From positions 32,984,001-33,048,000 of the forward strand of contig NC_043006.1 in NCBI RefSeq assembly GCF_006345805.1: a stretch of 64,000 nt of DNA, given 5' to 3'. The notes below the pieces were generated by a model. That model was not told the origin of the DNA. It was given only the letters and a program-made list of their open reading frames with translations, and made no database searches. Of this stretch, positions 12,204 to 26,042 are shown one piece after another (the first letter of the stretch is position 1; every line of letters begins with the position of its first letter). The translations under genes were made by a program, and so were the position numbers. Source of the stretch: Octopus sinensis (lineage: Eukaryota).

Positions 12204-12501
12204 TTTATAGTTGATAAGGTTATTCTAATCAGTTAAAATCATATATTTCCTTGTCTTTACTATAAAACTTGTTGTTGATGCTGTTCATCTATCCTTCCTT
12301 TTCGAAGAAGGCAGGCTGCCATTTGAAAGATGTTTGGCTTTTACTACAAACACATTTAACGCTTCGGTGTCCATTTTGGCAGTGACCCTTGTAATTAATT
12401 TTTTTCTATTTTTAATTTCCATTTTCTGTGAATATTAACATTAGTTGACTATACTACAACTACTATACTGTAATACTAAGATGACTACCGTACATACTTG
12501 T

Positions 12502-12636
12502 ACTTACTTGTACTTGTACTTGTGGTGACATTCACCCTGGGCGGGTTGAGTCGGCTTCTTCTACCACTCTCGAGGCATCTCGAACCATGGCAGCCCACGC
12601 ACGACGGTCCTGCGCCAGGACGTTAACGTTAACCAC
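12502..12636 (-). mobile_element. RTE LINE extreme 3' end with a (CAAGTA)n tail
   Basis: Minus strand reads LAQDRRAWAAMVRDASRVVEEADSTRPG*, then a repeated tail. Probable 11-bp TSD TACATACTTGT at 12491 and 12637. Confidence 0.75.
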
Positions 12637-13464
12637 TACATACTTGTGTATAAACTGTGCTCCTAACTTAGTGTTAAACAAAATTGCATCTTTTAGCTTT
12701 GCTTAGTGTATAAGAGAATGGAACAAAAAATGCAACTTTCGAAACAGGTAACCAAGAATCGATATTTTGATGCGAATTAGGGTTAAAAGAAAGGTGTATA
12801 AACATTTTATTCGAGCCCCGCAACGCAATTGAAAATTTTAGAAATCGCTATTTTTGGTCGAATTTTGTATTTCAGGGTATACGCAGTATACTATAAAGAC
12901 TAAAATCAATGTGTTGGGTTAGAGGAAACAGTATTAAGCGCCAGAGAAAATATTCTGTAGAACTTGTTTATGCTTTACGGTCTCATTTGAAATATTTCAA
13001 AGAACGTTTTTGCTTTTATCCTTCCAATGACAAAATATAACAAACAACTTAGAGCGCTGTTTTCAATTTGCCCTTTAATAGAATTGATAAACTTGTATAT
13101 AAGACAGACTCGTTATTTTATGGCAGTCTGGCAAATATGATGAAATCGATGGCATATTTTAAAAGTATTAGCATTGTCTGTTTCGGAGTCTTTAATCAAT
13201 CACAACGTGCATATTTTAAGTGAGAAAAAAGATACTTTCAAAAATCTAGCTGTTCTCGATATTATTAATTCTAAATTGTTCAACGTAGTTTGTTTCTCCT
13301 GTGTTACTTTTGAAGAGAAAAACATTAATTTACATTTAGAATTTTATATTTTGCAATGAATATGTGTATGTGTGTGCGCGCATGCACGCGTTTTGTATGA
13401 GTTCTCGCCAGTCTTTTGAAAAATAGTTATGGCCTGACCATTTATATATATATATATATATATA

Positions 13465-13517
<53 letters not shown>

Positions 13518-15649
13518 TATAAACACACACATACACACATAAATACATAGATAATATGTGTGTGTGTCTGTGTGTCTGTGTGTCTGTGTGTTTATGTGTT
13601 TTTGTGTCTGTCTGTGTGTAAGTATATCATTATTCAGATTTATTTCAATATTTCTTGCCAATAGAGAAAGAACCGGTTTCTAACCTAGATCCAATGCTCC
13701 TTCATTGGAATTTCAACATCAACAGGTTATTTTTGCGTGTATGTACATGCGCAGATTTGTGTGTTTTGCATATCTAATTATGTGCATATATACTTACATG
13801 ATAAACTTCTGAAAAGTGTTATAGATATTTTTACAGTTCCAGTGATGGATTGGATCTGTAGTCTTCGAATCAGCTTTCTCCTTTCTGGTTTTGAAAAGCC
13901 TAATTTCTCAAGATTGAGATTTAGGCAGTGTGTTACATATCCCAGTGCCCCAGCGTATGTATGTATGTATGTACGTGCATACGTATGTATGTATGCATGT
14001 ACGTACGTACTTACATACGTATGTATATCTGTATGTATATATATACACATATATACATGTATATACATTGAAACGTATCGCCATTCCATGTTAAACTTTC
14101 AGTGCCGTCTTTACTTACAATGGTCGACACACTTGGTTTATGTACCCATGGAAATCTCCTTAGTAAACTGGTTTAATTTTTGCTTTTCTTGAGGTGTTAG
14201 AACTTTTAAATGTTTCTTATTTGAAGGCCAGTTCTAAGTGTTTTTTCTCTCCGGTCTACTAAAATCCATTTGCTATCTAAACGATATTAAGTGTCATCAG
14301 GAGAGATCTTGACCTCATGTCTCAGTTGCTCATGTTACTACGACGTTGCAACGGATTCAGAACCGCATTGCTAGATAGCCGGATAGACATCATAACAAAG
14401 CCACAGTAGTTTCACATGATCGACCGATTAAATGATCAGTCAGCGACAAGCCTTCGAGCGATTCGATATCCTAGATTTTTCTAATTGAGCTCTATATATT
14501 TATATGTATATTTTTTGTCAGTAATCCCAAAATGATGAGACAGGCGCTCGACACCTCCATTTCCATTTGCCTCCAGCCGATGGTAGATAGAAGACAAAGA
14601 TTTTTTTCTACATGACTATTGTATGATTATTTTCCAATCGTGTTACACCAGCCACAGATTGTTGGTTTGGTTAATTGTCGTGGATCACATTAGTATATCT
14701 CAGTAATACTTTAAATTTAATTTCACAAACCACTTTCGTGGGGAATACACTCCTTGTATATTCTGTTCAAAATGTAATAATTTCTGTTAAAACTGGGATG
14801 TATTTTCTGAATTTCAATTCGAAGTTCATTCCTAAAGCCAAATTCGAAAGTCAGAAATAACAGTGAAAATGTGTTGCACTCAATATGCGTGTTGTACTCT
14901 GGCAGCTGTAATGAGTCTATTGTTTTTATACTTCATTAAAGTTTGGCTTCACTCTTGTAAAAGTCACCATAAAAGCTCACAGTCCCATCTTGTCCAAGAT
15001 ACTTTTGATTTTCATGTCAGAACACAAAACTTCCTCTTCCTACTATTATAAAAGTATATACTAAATTCGCTAAATATCATACCAATGTCTGAAAAATATT
15101 GGGTAATATCCAACATCTTCGAATCGTTCCGAAACAACACATGCTGAATGTTTTTATAATAAGTCTATTCATTTCTCAAAACGTTGTGATATGTGAAGGA
15201 GTATAATAATCGGTTTCCAGCAGTCTAGAGAAGCTATCGTTCTAATGTCTTGTTATCACCTCTCGACGGTTTATTTGCAAACTTTTCAAATATCAGTTTC
15301 TAGTGCTTAGATTTTGACTCGTTGTACACGTATACGATATCAAGAAAGATTCCCAGACAGTCTACCCATAATGTAGCTATATGTCTTCGATATTTTATAT
15401 TTCTCTTCTTTTATAATTCTGTTTAAGTGCAGCGATTCGATATAACCATATAATCTTACGCTACCTTCTTTTCTCTAATATAATTTCTACAAAGAGTTAA
15501 TAGTAGATGTGAAAGCAGTGAAAGTCATATCATTTAACATTTTTATATATATGAAGTGATGCTATAAACTTCTGTTGATATTTGCTGCTGATGACTATTA
15601 TATTTCTGAGCATGTTTTGCGTGCCAAGATAACCAAATATCTAGTTCTT

Positions 15650-16690
15650 CATAATAAGGTTCGATTTAATTACCCCGTTCGCCATTCTATGTTTCCCTAA
15701 GATGCCGGACACTCTTTCCTGGTGTGTTGAGTACAAAGTTACATTCTCGTGCATATATGTTTGGCAATCCAGACATCCATTAAATTGGTGCTCCAAAAAA
15801 AAAAAAGATTTTTTGCGAGTCTTTTGGCGTACTAGTCTGCACTGACAAAATACTTCAATTGAATCATTTGCTCCGAGTTTGTAATATCTGGTTGGATTTT
15901 GATGTTTTGTATTCCTCTGCAAGCAGACAATCTCCTTCTTTATGCTTGGTATTTATGGTTGAGCAGGTATATTCTTAGAAAGTGAATCTCTCTTGCACCT
16001 TGGCAATTAAGTACATTTAATACATTCTGTAAAAGAAATTCGTCGAAAAGATAGAAGTTCGCAGGTGCAGAGGGCGAGTATTGCAGCATGGTCCTTATAT
16101 CTGCAACAACATATATTTCTTGCAGAATTAAATCTGCTACATTGATATCTACTGCAGACACTTGGTGGTTCATAAATGACTCCTTGGTGGTCTTATCTGG
16201 GATACTTTTTCTTATGGCAAAAGTTATTTCTAAAGTACAAAGACTGCAAGTCGAGGTGTGAAAGTCAGTATTCTGCACTTTGATAATGAAACTTAATCTG
16301 CCAGGCAGTTTGTTGTTCGCCTCCAATGGCACACCATTTCCTTTTGTAACCACCATTTTCGTCTTTTTAATATTGCATGATGCTGATTCAAGATTAAGTC
16401 GAAGAAACCATCAATTTCGCATTGCAGGCTTTATATACAAAAGGAGGTAAACCTGTTCACACTAATTTCTTCCAAATCCAATATGTCTTTTATTCACTGT
16501 ATCAGGAGCAAGAACACCTGAAGATAGATGCAAGAGGTCAATAAACTCAACATCAGATGGACTGATCATGCTGCGTTGAATCATTCTTAACGATGGCTTC
16601 TTCGTTCAGTTAAGTCTCCCACTCTGGTCCACAAGATTTCTTGGATTTTTGGTCATGATTTATACGCTTCTTCCGATTCTTTGAAGGGCA
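15650..16690 (-). mobile_element. Possible highly decayed mariner transposase remnant
   Basis: YSPSAPANFYLF resembles the mariner YSPDLAPSDY(H/Y)LF motif; scattered upstream mariner-like fragments; motif spacing is not canonical. Confidence 0.35.
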
Positions 16691-17030
16691 GAATATGCAC
16701 ACATACATACACACACATATACATGCATACGTACATACATACATACATACATACATACATACATACATACATACATACATACATACATACATACATACAT
16801 ACATACATACATACATACATACATACGTATGGGTATTCGTTACTTTTGCATGATATTCAATATTGATCTGATATAAAATTGAAGCTGTATCCTTTAATTT
16901 ACTGCTTTTCTATATACAAACCGAGGAGACATCTTGCGGATCAGTCGTTATTCTAACGAGATACATCTTATAATCACCCTAGAATTCTATCTGCCATCCT
17001 TTTCATTAATCATATATATATATATATATA

Positions 17031-17202
17031 CTTTATTTAAAGCAGCAGAAAATTCAACAAAACCTGTTACTCTGAGTTTCGCTAAACTCAGAGTAACAGG
17101 TTTTGTTGAATTTTCTGCTGTTTTAAATAAAGCATATTACTCTACCACTGGTATTTGAGTACTCTTTTTTCCACATTGTTTCACATTTATGTGTTACTCC
17201 GG
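17031..17202. mobile_element. Fold-back element (49-bp arms, 4-nt loop) with a one-sided tail, between (TA)n runs
   Basis: 17031-17079 pairs with 17084-17132 (48/49 Watson-Crick, one G.T); 70-bp unpaired tail. Confidence 0.8.
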
Positions 17203-17233
<31 letters not shown>

Positions 17234-18529
17234 GTCTCACAAATGCCTACATGCGTGTATATCTGTATGTGTATATATATATATATATATACACGTATAT
17301 ATAAATACCTTGACATGTGATCGCCTCATACAGTACCTTTGTGGCCTTCCCACATCTCCTTAACTCATACCTGCCTTTCCATAACAAAATAACAAACTTC
17401 GATATTACAAAAGGGATGCTACAAAGAGATATCACAAAGAAATGTGTTTATGAAGAAAACTATGTTTTTGTTGAAAAGAAGAGAAGGGTTAAGAATTGCA
17501 ATCCAACACACAGGGAATTTAAAACTTGCAAGATTTAACACAATATAATAATACGTGGAACCATGCATTAAAAAAATATTAAAAATACTGTACAAAATCC
17601 TGTGTTTGTAATTCCTGACGCAAAAATCTGACATCACGAAATATTGAAATTACGTATCAATGTTTTTGTTTTGACTTTATAATGTTATTTATGTTTTTTT
17701 GTTTTACGATACAATTACATGATTCTTATTTTACAAAATCAAAAATGAAATACATTTCCTCCGCAATTCTTATTCAAATTTAAGTGATTTACGTAAGTGA
17801 AAATCGTCATATAAGCGTGCCTCAGTGCAACGCTGATCAGAATTGCTTATACACCATCGTTATAGAACTGCCCAGTACTTTTTAGTTGTCTCACCCCCAT
17901 TAAAATTGCCATTAAAAAACTGCGTTGTCTCCCCACTAAAGAGCTGAGTTTATGTGGTGACAAGAGATTAGATTAAAACGGTTTAGATCCTTTTGATTCA
18001 ATACTTCAACATATTGTTGACGTTTGGCCCTCTCAATAGCAATTGTAGGATTTGTTATAAAAATGTTATCAGATTCAGTAAGATGCTTAATCTTTACAGT
18101 TTTCCTTTAAATTTTTTTCCGTTTTCATTTTCATTAATTTTTAAATTTTTTTCTTTGTTTTATTGAGGGTTAAACAATTTTTTTAGTTGGCGAAATAACC
18201 AAAAGTACCGATATGTTTCAAAAAACGAGGGAGATAACCCAATTTTTAATGGGGTTGGGATAACCAAAAATTACCAATTGCCATTGTAAACAAAATATTC
18301 GGTTTTACAAGGACAATACTGGAAAAGTCATTCGAACGAACGAAAAACTTCATAGCGATACCAATTCTGGTTCATTGCTTTCTTAGTTCCAATGCCCCCG
18401 ATGTCGACTTTAACTTCCATTGTTCCATGGTCAGTAAAGTAGCAGTTCAGAGTGAAAGACAGAGGTGGGGAACGTTAGAGCCGCGGATAGGCTGTCGTGG
18501 AAAATTTTTTTTCGTCTCTTTATTGCGCT

Positions 18530-19745
18530 ATGAGTACAAAACATGTTATGAGGACATCACTCAAGTTGTTGATGGCAGCTCATGGATGGATGCTATCTAC
18601 CTTGATTTTGCTACAGTCTTCAACTCTGTACCGCACAAATTACATATAGTAAACCTTTCTGCAATAGGTATGATGGATGATCTCTATAACTGGCTGAAGT
18701 CCTTCATTCTCAGTTGGAAAGAGGTACTTACGGTTCTAGGATATCCTTCTTCACACTACGAGATGACTTCTGGTATACCACAGGGATCCGTTCTTGTACC
18801 CCTACTCTTTGTTGAATATATTAATGATATAGATGTCAATTTGCGGAATGTTACATTGCTGACATATGCAGATGACATCAAGCTGTACCTCGAAATAAAA
18901 AGAATATATCTTATGCGCTATTGATCTTTTCTGCAATCAGACCTGGATATAATGCAGCAATGTATCTCTGGCTGGCAACTCAACCTAACTGTGGACAAGT
19001 GCGTCACCATGCACTTTGGGAAGAAAAATCCAGCCTTTACATACTCCCTCAGCAACTTCAATCTCAAGAAGTCTTCTAGCGGACGTGATCTGGGCATTAT
19101 CTAAACAATGATCTGCGTTGGACAAACCACATCTCTAAGATTGTCCAGAAGGCTGAGGGGGGGGGGAGTGCTAGCATCACTCAGTAAGACTTTTGTCAGC
19201 CGCTCTCCTGCTATCTATTTAAAATAGTATAAGACAATGGTACATCCACACTTGGAATTTGCATCACCAGTCTGGAACCCCTATCTTGCTCAGCATATAA
19301 ATATCCTGAAAACTGTTCAGAAATGCGCAACGTAACGTATACCTGCCGTCAGACATCTACCATACTCTGGACGTCCTGCTTCCCTGGGCATAGACACATT
19401 GAAGCTCAGATGTCTGGCAACTGACTTGGTTGACACCCACATGATTCGCCACCATCTCTCCAACAGCAACCTTGTGCACTTTTTTCTATTTCATATGACA
19501 AACACTCGCGGACCTACTTATAAAATCAAAAAAAGCAGCACAGCACCTATGCCTTCCGGAAACATTTTTCACACTCAGAATTGCTGAAACATGAATAAAC
19601 TACCCGCATCAGTTGTTTGCGCTCCAAACGCTACATCCTTCAAAACACCCATGCTTCCTGAAATCTTCCAACAGTATAATTAATGGACCTTTTTTTTTAG
19701 TTGTAGTGCACCTGAGAACTGTATACAACAATTTCCTTCATTATA
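18530..19745 (+). mobile_element. CR1-like LINE, 5'-truncated and degenerate RT plus 3' end
   Basis: Reads DAIYLDFATVFNSVPH...SGIPQGSVLVPLLFVEYINDI...TYADDIKLY; then DKCVTMHFGKKNP, HLEFASPVWNP and TNTRG in later frames. Confidence 0.88.
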
Positions 19746-20020
19746 TATGTAATGACAGACCGACTTCGACACTTCTTAGATAAATGATTCTACGTTACAA
19801 AATAGATTCTCATTTTTTTGTCGTACTCTCAGTAGCAATTTCACTTCTTGTCCAGACGAAAATCAGCCCATTACGCCTAATATATACAATAAAAGGAAAT
19901 CATTTACTAGTTTCTCTTTACGGATCGATCATCATTTTTTATTGATAGCTAGCTAGATGGCAAAACAGATAGATAGATAGATAGATATATAGATAGATAC
20001 ATACATACACACATACATAC

Positions 20021-20101
<81 letters not shown>

Positions 20102-20562
20102 GAGAGAATATTTTACGGGATATTAGCTGTGAATCCCTTTGTACCCAACTTTCTAACACGTACAACAAATCCAAAATATTATGCATAGCAGACTAAGTCG
20201 GTGAACATCCAATGACCGTAAAAACATATTTTCGGTGTCCCAAATAAGGAATGAAGCCGATGAGATTAATTTCTTGTATCTATAGGAGATTCCAACAACA
20301 GTCATTACATTGCAATGTATAGGAATGTACACATAAATATTTTCTATATGCGTCCCGGATTAGTCTTTCCAGGAGATTAATTTGCATAAGTATGTTGTTT
20401 TAGCAATATTATCCTACCACATTGCAAGGTATTAAGGAGATTAATGACATTTGGGGACAGTTGATGATAAATGCGAAAACACCTTCCACACATGCCCTCT
20501 TCCATACACGCACAAGAATATATGTATGTACGTGTGAGAGTGAGTAAGCTTGCGCGTGTGCT

Positions 20563-20648
<86 letters not shown>

Positions 20649-20699
20649 CGTGTATGTATGTAGATTCAGATATAAATGAAGATAACGGGAAATAGAAAA

Positions 20700-21050
20700 C
20701 CGTAGTGACTGTGGTAAAAAGTTTGCTTACCAACGACATGGTTCCGGTTTTAATCCCACAGCATGGCACCTTGGGCAAGTGTCTTCTACTATAACCTCGG
20801 GCCGACCAAAGCCTTGTGAGTAGATTTGGCAGACGGAAACATGTGTGTGTATGTGTTTGTGCGTCTGTGTTTGTCCCCCCACCATCACTTGGCAACCGAT
20901 GCTGGTGTGTTTATACCCCCCGTACCTTAGCTGTTCGGCAAAAGAGAGTGGTAGAAAAGAATAAGTCCCGGGATCGAATTGTTCGACAAAAGGCGGTGCT
21001 CTAGCATGGCCGCGGTCAAATGACTGAAACAAATAAGGGAGTAAAGGAGT
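20700..21050 (+). mobile_element. tRNA-SINE family B, near full length with a short internal microsatellite
   Basis: tRNA-like head, GGCACCTTGGGCAAGTGTC core, and GTCAAATGACTGAAAC tail. Confidence 0.88.
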
Positions 21051-21373
21051 ATGCATATATGTATTAGCTCCCGCTAACCACTTAGACCCTCTGAAAATGC
21101 TTAGAGGTGCATTCATCATCCAAACTTTATCTATCCATTCCTACAGAACACTGAAGAGATGGAAGATGACATGGTGCACTTCGTTGCCTCCTGACAGAAA
21201 CGGCTGTAAGAAACTGACCCATTGCTCTTCTCTGTAATATAAATACATGTGTGTGTAACACATAGTTACTACATGTGTATGTTTTCGTCTAATACTTGGA
21301 ATAAATAGACAAACTGGAATGTCTATCGGATGATGTGTGTCGTTTTGCATCGTCTCCATTTCCTTATGTACCG

Positions 21374-21417
<44 letters not shown>

Positions 21418-21457
21418 AACGTGTTTTTTATATGCCAACTTATATATACACACACAT

Positions 21458-21493
<36 letters not shown>

Positions 21494-22140
21494 GCAATCG
21501 TGGAATTGTAATAGTTGATCTACCTATAAACTTAATCACACATTACCGCAGCAGATCAAAAACAAGAGATCAAAGAGATAAAGAATATTTGCATTGATGC
21601 CAAGTTAGTTACCATAATGTTCATAAACACGTAAATAACATAGATACCATTTTTGGATGTTTCACATCGGGAAAAAAATATTAAGAAATTCAATTTGAAT
21701 TATTTTCCATGTCACTAGTCCAGTTTTTATGGCTTCTTTGTTCTCTGTTCTTCATGTATACGCTATGCTGGATTTTTTTATAGCTAAATATACTCATTTA
21801 TTCACTCTGATAGGCATTAATACGTTAAAACAGTCACTAGTTTAACAGAGACGTACATAAATAGATATTTGCAGAAATCCATTTATTGTGTGTTTATATA
21901 TATATATATATATGCGCGTGTGCCCGTAGACGTATATACATGTAGATACACACATACGTATGTATGTATGTATATATATGTGTATGTGTGTGTGGAGAGA
22001 GAGAGGGAGGGAGAGAGTGAGAGAGAGAATGAAAAATAGAATATGTAGCTAGACAGCGAAAGACAGAGAGACGGATATATACACAGACAAGCAGATATAC
22101 ATCTTGATAGACAAATAGATAAATAGACAGGCAGTGAAAC

Positions 22141-22209
<69 letters not shown>

Positions 22210-22226
22210 GATAGATAGATAGATAG

Positions 22227-22329
<103 letters not shown>

Positions 22330-23619
22330 AAGATAGATAGATAGAAAGATAGATAGATAGAAAGATAGATAGATAGGTAGGTAGGTAGGTAGGTAGGTAG
22401 GTAGGTAGGTAGGTAGGTAGATGGATGGATAGGCAGACAGATATCTGTATCCAAGATATAAATGTATATATATAAATTAAGCAAATATTTTTTGCTCGTA
22501 AATGCATGAACACGGGTTCACAGATATGCACATAAACATGCATTCGTGCCGGGGGTGGCGCGGGTGGCGGGGGGATATGTATACATATATGTATACACGC
22601 ATAAATATTTATGTATCTGTAAAAGTATTTGAATTAATGCCCGTGTATTAATATGTTTTAAGCAGGTACAATGTATGTTTCATTATTCTCATTAAATCTC
22701 TCTATCTCTCTCCCTCTCTCTCTCTCGATATATGTATGTGTATATATATATGTGTGTGGGTGTGTGTGTGTGTGTGTGTATGTTTGTATGTATGTATGTA
22801 TGTATGTATGTATGTATGTATGTTTATGCGGCAATGCGTGTTATCCATCTGAATTGAGTATAACTGCAGGTGCAGGTTTGATATCTTTGGATTTTCGTAT
22901 ACATGCATGAATGAGAATATTCTCTTGTCGATATGTACTCAGAGAAAGTGGAGGGAAGGAATTTTGGAAAAGAGAGCGATTATTAGTGTAAAAACGAGAA
23001 ATTAATTTTTAATTGCTTAAAGTTAATTTACATTTCTAAATGTGAAAGAGTCTTTTTTTTATTTTTGTTTATTTTTGTTCATGACGAAGAGACAACAGCA
23101 GCCATTAGCTCAGTATATTCTATACACTTTTTACCAGATCAGCTGAAGTAGATTTTTTATACACTTGGAGAATAAATAGTTTTCGTTTGTTTAATTGAAA
23201 TAATTTCCCCTTATATTTGCGCAGTTTCACAATGGCTGCGCTAAACGTTTGTTTATTTTCTGTAAATAAGCGACAATGCAAGTGAGAAACTTTCAGTATA
23301 TCCCTACTTACTGTAATTATAAAAATTCACTACAATGGCTTATTCCAGTTGCTTTCTTGGCTCATTAGCTCGTCCCTCCATTCATTCATCTTCTCCGCCC
23401 ACTGTTCGTGGGAGGGTCATGGGGATAGCTTCTTCAGGCGCTCATCTATTGAGTCATATCAGAACCAACTATCATAACACCTTCCATTTGGATTTCGAAA
23501 CCTGACCAACTGAGCCTATGCATACTATTCAACCATCATCGTTGGGCCTGGAAGCACCCAATCACTGGATAGAAAGGGAAGGCAAACTAACGTTTTAAAA
23601 CAGATTTCCTTACCAAGGC

Positions 23620-24720
23620 CACATGCCTGGTCTTAGAAGAGATCACCTTTAACTTAAATGGTAAAACATCGACAAATAGAGGGCACAACTACGGGGACAA
23701 CATGTACACCCTCATATGCTAACCTAGTGGTGGATGTTTTAGAAAGAAAGCAATACGATGAAGTAAAAAAAAAAAAACTCTTGACCAAAATTTCAAGAAA
23801 AAATATTGAAAAGTGGAACCGTTTCTTAGATGACGGCTTTATTCTTTGGCGAAACCAACAATTTTCTTTGCCAACGTACATGAATCTACAGACATGCATC
23901 ATACTTAAAGAATTACGCAAGATTCCGCCGAGTAAGCATCTGAAAATATGAGTAAACGACAGACTCAAGATCTTTCCATGTTACAAATGTCGAGGGCATG
24001 ATCCAAAATACCGGAAAGCAACGGAGCTATATTCTTACCGGAACTGAACGTATGAGAACTATATTTTCATAAACATATGAGAAATTCTTATTCAAAACAA
24101 TTGTGTCCCAGACTGTCACAAAAATAACTAAAGGAATTCACTCGAGCAACTAACGCACAACACAGGCACATACAGACAGACACCAACACGTTTAAAAAAT
24201 CTTCCAAAACCGTTTGATAGATTATAATTTCTGCAGCTGGATAACATGACAACTGATCAAAAACAGAATGACTAAAGGAAAATTGACTTTTTGAACTCCC
24301 ATTAATTTCCACTACCCAAGAAAAAAAGACCCCTTTATTCAGCTGACTAATATGACAACTAACCAAACATAGAATGCGATTTCAACCATCTCGCTCTCTC
24401 TCTCTCTTTTATCTTTCTTCCAGTCTTTCTTTCATTCATTTTTTTATATTTACTTTCTAACCAAGCCTCCAAGAATTCACAACATACGATTACACACATA
24501 CAGACACACACGTATATATGCACACACCTATAGATTCAAAATATGAATCTATGATTCAAAATATGAACAAAGAATGACCTGTTATCAATTCAACTCCAGA
24601 ATTTTTTTCAACTGTTACACATAAATATACAAAAAGCATGAATAATCTGAAAATAACTGTTCATGATGAATCTCTCAAAAGAGATGAAAGCGCTAAATGA
24701 AGAATTATACAAAATACTTT
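23620..24720 (+). mobile_element. Internally deleted Penelope-like element with a downstream HHR remnant
   Basis: RT palm QIEGTTTGTTCTPSYANLVV...WNRFLDDGFILW is joined to the GIY-YIG C-terminus IPPSKHLKI...LKIFPCYKC; HHR remnant at 24660-24701. Confidence 0.8.
24660..24701 (+). ncRNA. Minimal hammerhead remnant with a small deletion at C3
   Basis: TTCA-TGATGA-ATCTCT-CAAA-AGAGAT-GAAA-GCGC-T-A-AATGAA; palindrome AGCGCT. Confidence 0.6.
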
Positions 24721-24808
24721 CTCTTAACACACACACACTCACATATACGCACACGAACACACACAAACGCACACACACACATGTATATTTATACATATAT
24801 ACACAGAT

Positions 24809-24903
<95 letters not shown>

Positions 24904-25006
24904 CTATTATTCATGTATGTATATATGTAGGCAAACATCAATAGCTATTAGTCTTTTATTCATGTATATATATATATATGTTATTCGTTTTCTTTTGTAA
25001 TTCTAG

Positions 25007-25110
25007 GCTTTGAAATCGATCGCTTACGGCACACGAACTATGGAAATCGTTGGACTAACTATATCTCTGGTCAGCTTGTTGATCTCTAGTTTTGTCTTCT
25101 TGTACTTCAG
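25007..25110 (+). CDS. Pdfr: Class B GPCR (PDF-receptor-like) exon encoding TM1
   Basis: ttctag acceptor; ALKSIAYGTRTMEIVGLTISLVSLLISSFVFLYF(R); gtgagt donor; phase 2 matches the next exon. Confidence 0.85.
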
Positions 25111-25120
25111 GTGAGTAACA

Positions 25121-25443
25121 CATTATTAGTATATTTTACTTTTCAGACCTCTCGATTTCACTAGCTCCGGCTAATTATGTGAGAGCGGACAGGAATTTGT
25201 TGCCAAAGGCTTCATAGGGTCTTTTAGAGTCTCTTTCCACGAATTATAAGACTTGGTTCATAGATGTTAAGTATTGTTGAAGGTATTTAATGTCCAAGGA
25301 CAAATATGAAAGTCCCCACTGCCCCCAATAGAACAATTTTTTAGCATGCTCTACTCTCATAACAATTGAAATTTCTCCGACATATTTCTCGAGCTTGGTT
25401 GTTAGTACTCCGAGTGTCCCTACGACTACTGGGATGATAGTTA

Positions 25444-25444
<1 letters not shown>
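25121..25444 (-). mobile_element. R4/Dong-type LINE 3' fragment with its 5' end at a (TAA)n run
   Basis: Minus strand reads VTIIPVVVGTLGVLTTKLEKYVGEISIVMRVEHAKK, a typical C-terminus after the restriction-like endonuclease (REL) domain. Confidence 0.6.
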
Positions 25445-25497
<53 letters not shown>

Positions 25498-25513
25498 CAT
25501 TATTATTATTATT
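25445..25513. repeat. (TTA)n microsatellite between two R4/Dong fragments
   Basis: Directly visible run. Confidence 0.95.
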
Positions 25514-25745
25514 TCATGTTAATTTAGCTAGCATGCATTTTGTCTTGATTTTTGGTGACAAGTCTCCTCACATCTCAAGAATCTTCTTCCTTGAGATTCT
25601 TGCAGAATATAGGACGTTACTTTTCTACAGGTCAACAATGTGATTTTCAATTTCAATTCTTTCAATTTTTTTTAATAGCATTTGGAGCGTTGTGCGAAAT
25701 TCACCAATTACTATAGGAATAATTGTCGTCTTCCTGACAGGTCAT
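25514..25745 (-). mobile_element. Second R4/Dong-type LINE 3' end, tail abutting (TAA)n
   Basis: Minus strand reads TTIIPIVIGEFRTTLQMLLKKIERIEIENHIVDL*KSNVLYSARISRKKILEM*; the 3' UTR resembles 59690-59790. Confidence 0.7.
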
Positions 25746-26042
25746 ATGGGTGAACAGACGGTAGCTAATTTTTCGACTCCAGTAGAAAATAAGACGCAGT
25801 TGCCACCTCTAAGACTTGAACTCAAAGAGTAAACAGACGTTGTGTAATACTTCATAGGACTTAGTCTGGTAGTCTGCTGTTTCCGTTCTCTCACCGTTTT
25901 CCCCTTTAAAATATACGCTGAACGCGCGAAGTCTTAGAGAGCTCGGTGTATAACAGGTATTAAAAGTTATACAAATTTCTAACAGCCGAAAATATATTGC
26001 ATTTTGTGAGTATGACAGAAATAATCGATTATATTGATGTCA

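Noticed and set aside
13660-13730. Minus-strand GAAA-CCGG-TT with an upstream hairpin
   Set aside because: The catalytic core and stem I cannot be assembled.
25051-25089. Alternate frame reading WTNY, a class B ectodomain motif, inside the TM1 exon
   Set aside because: It hits a stop after 12 codons and breaks splice phase; coincidence.
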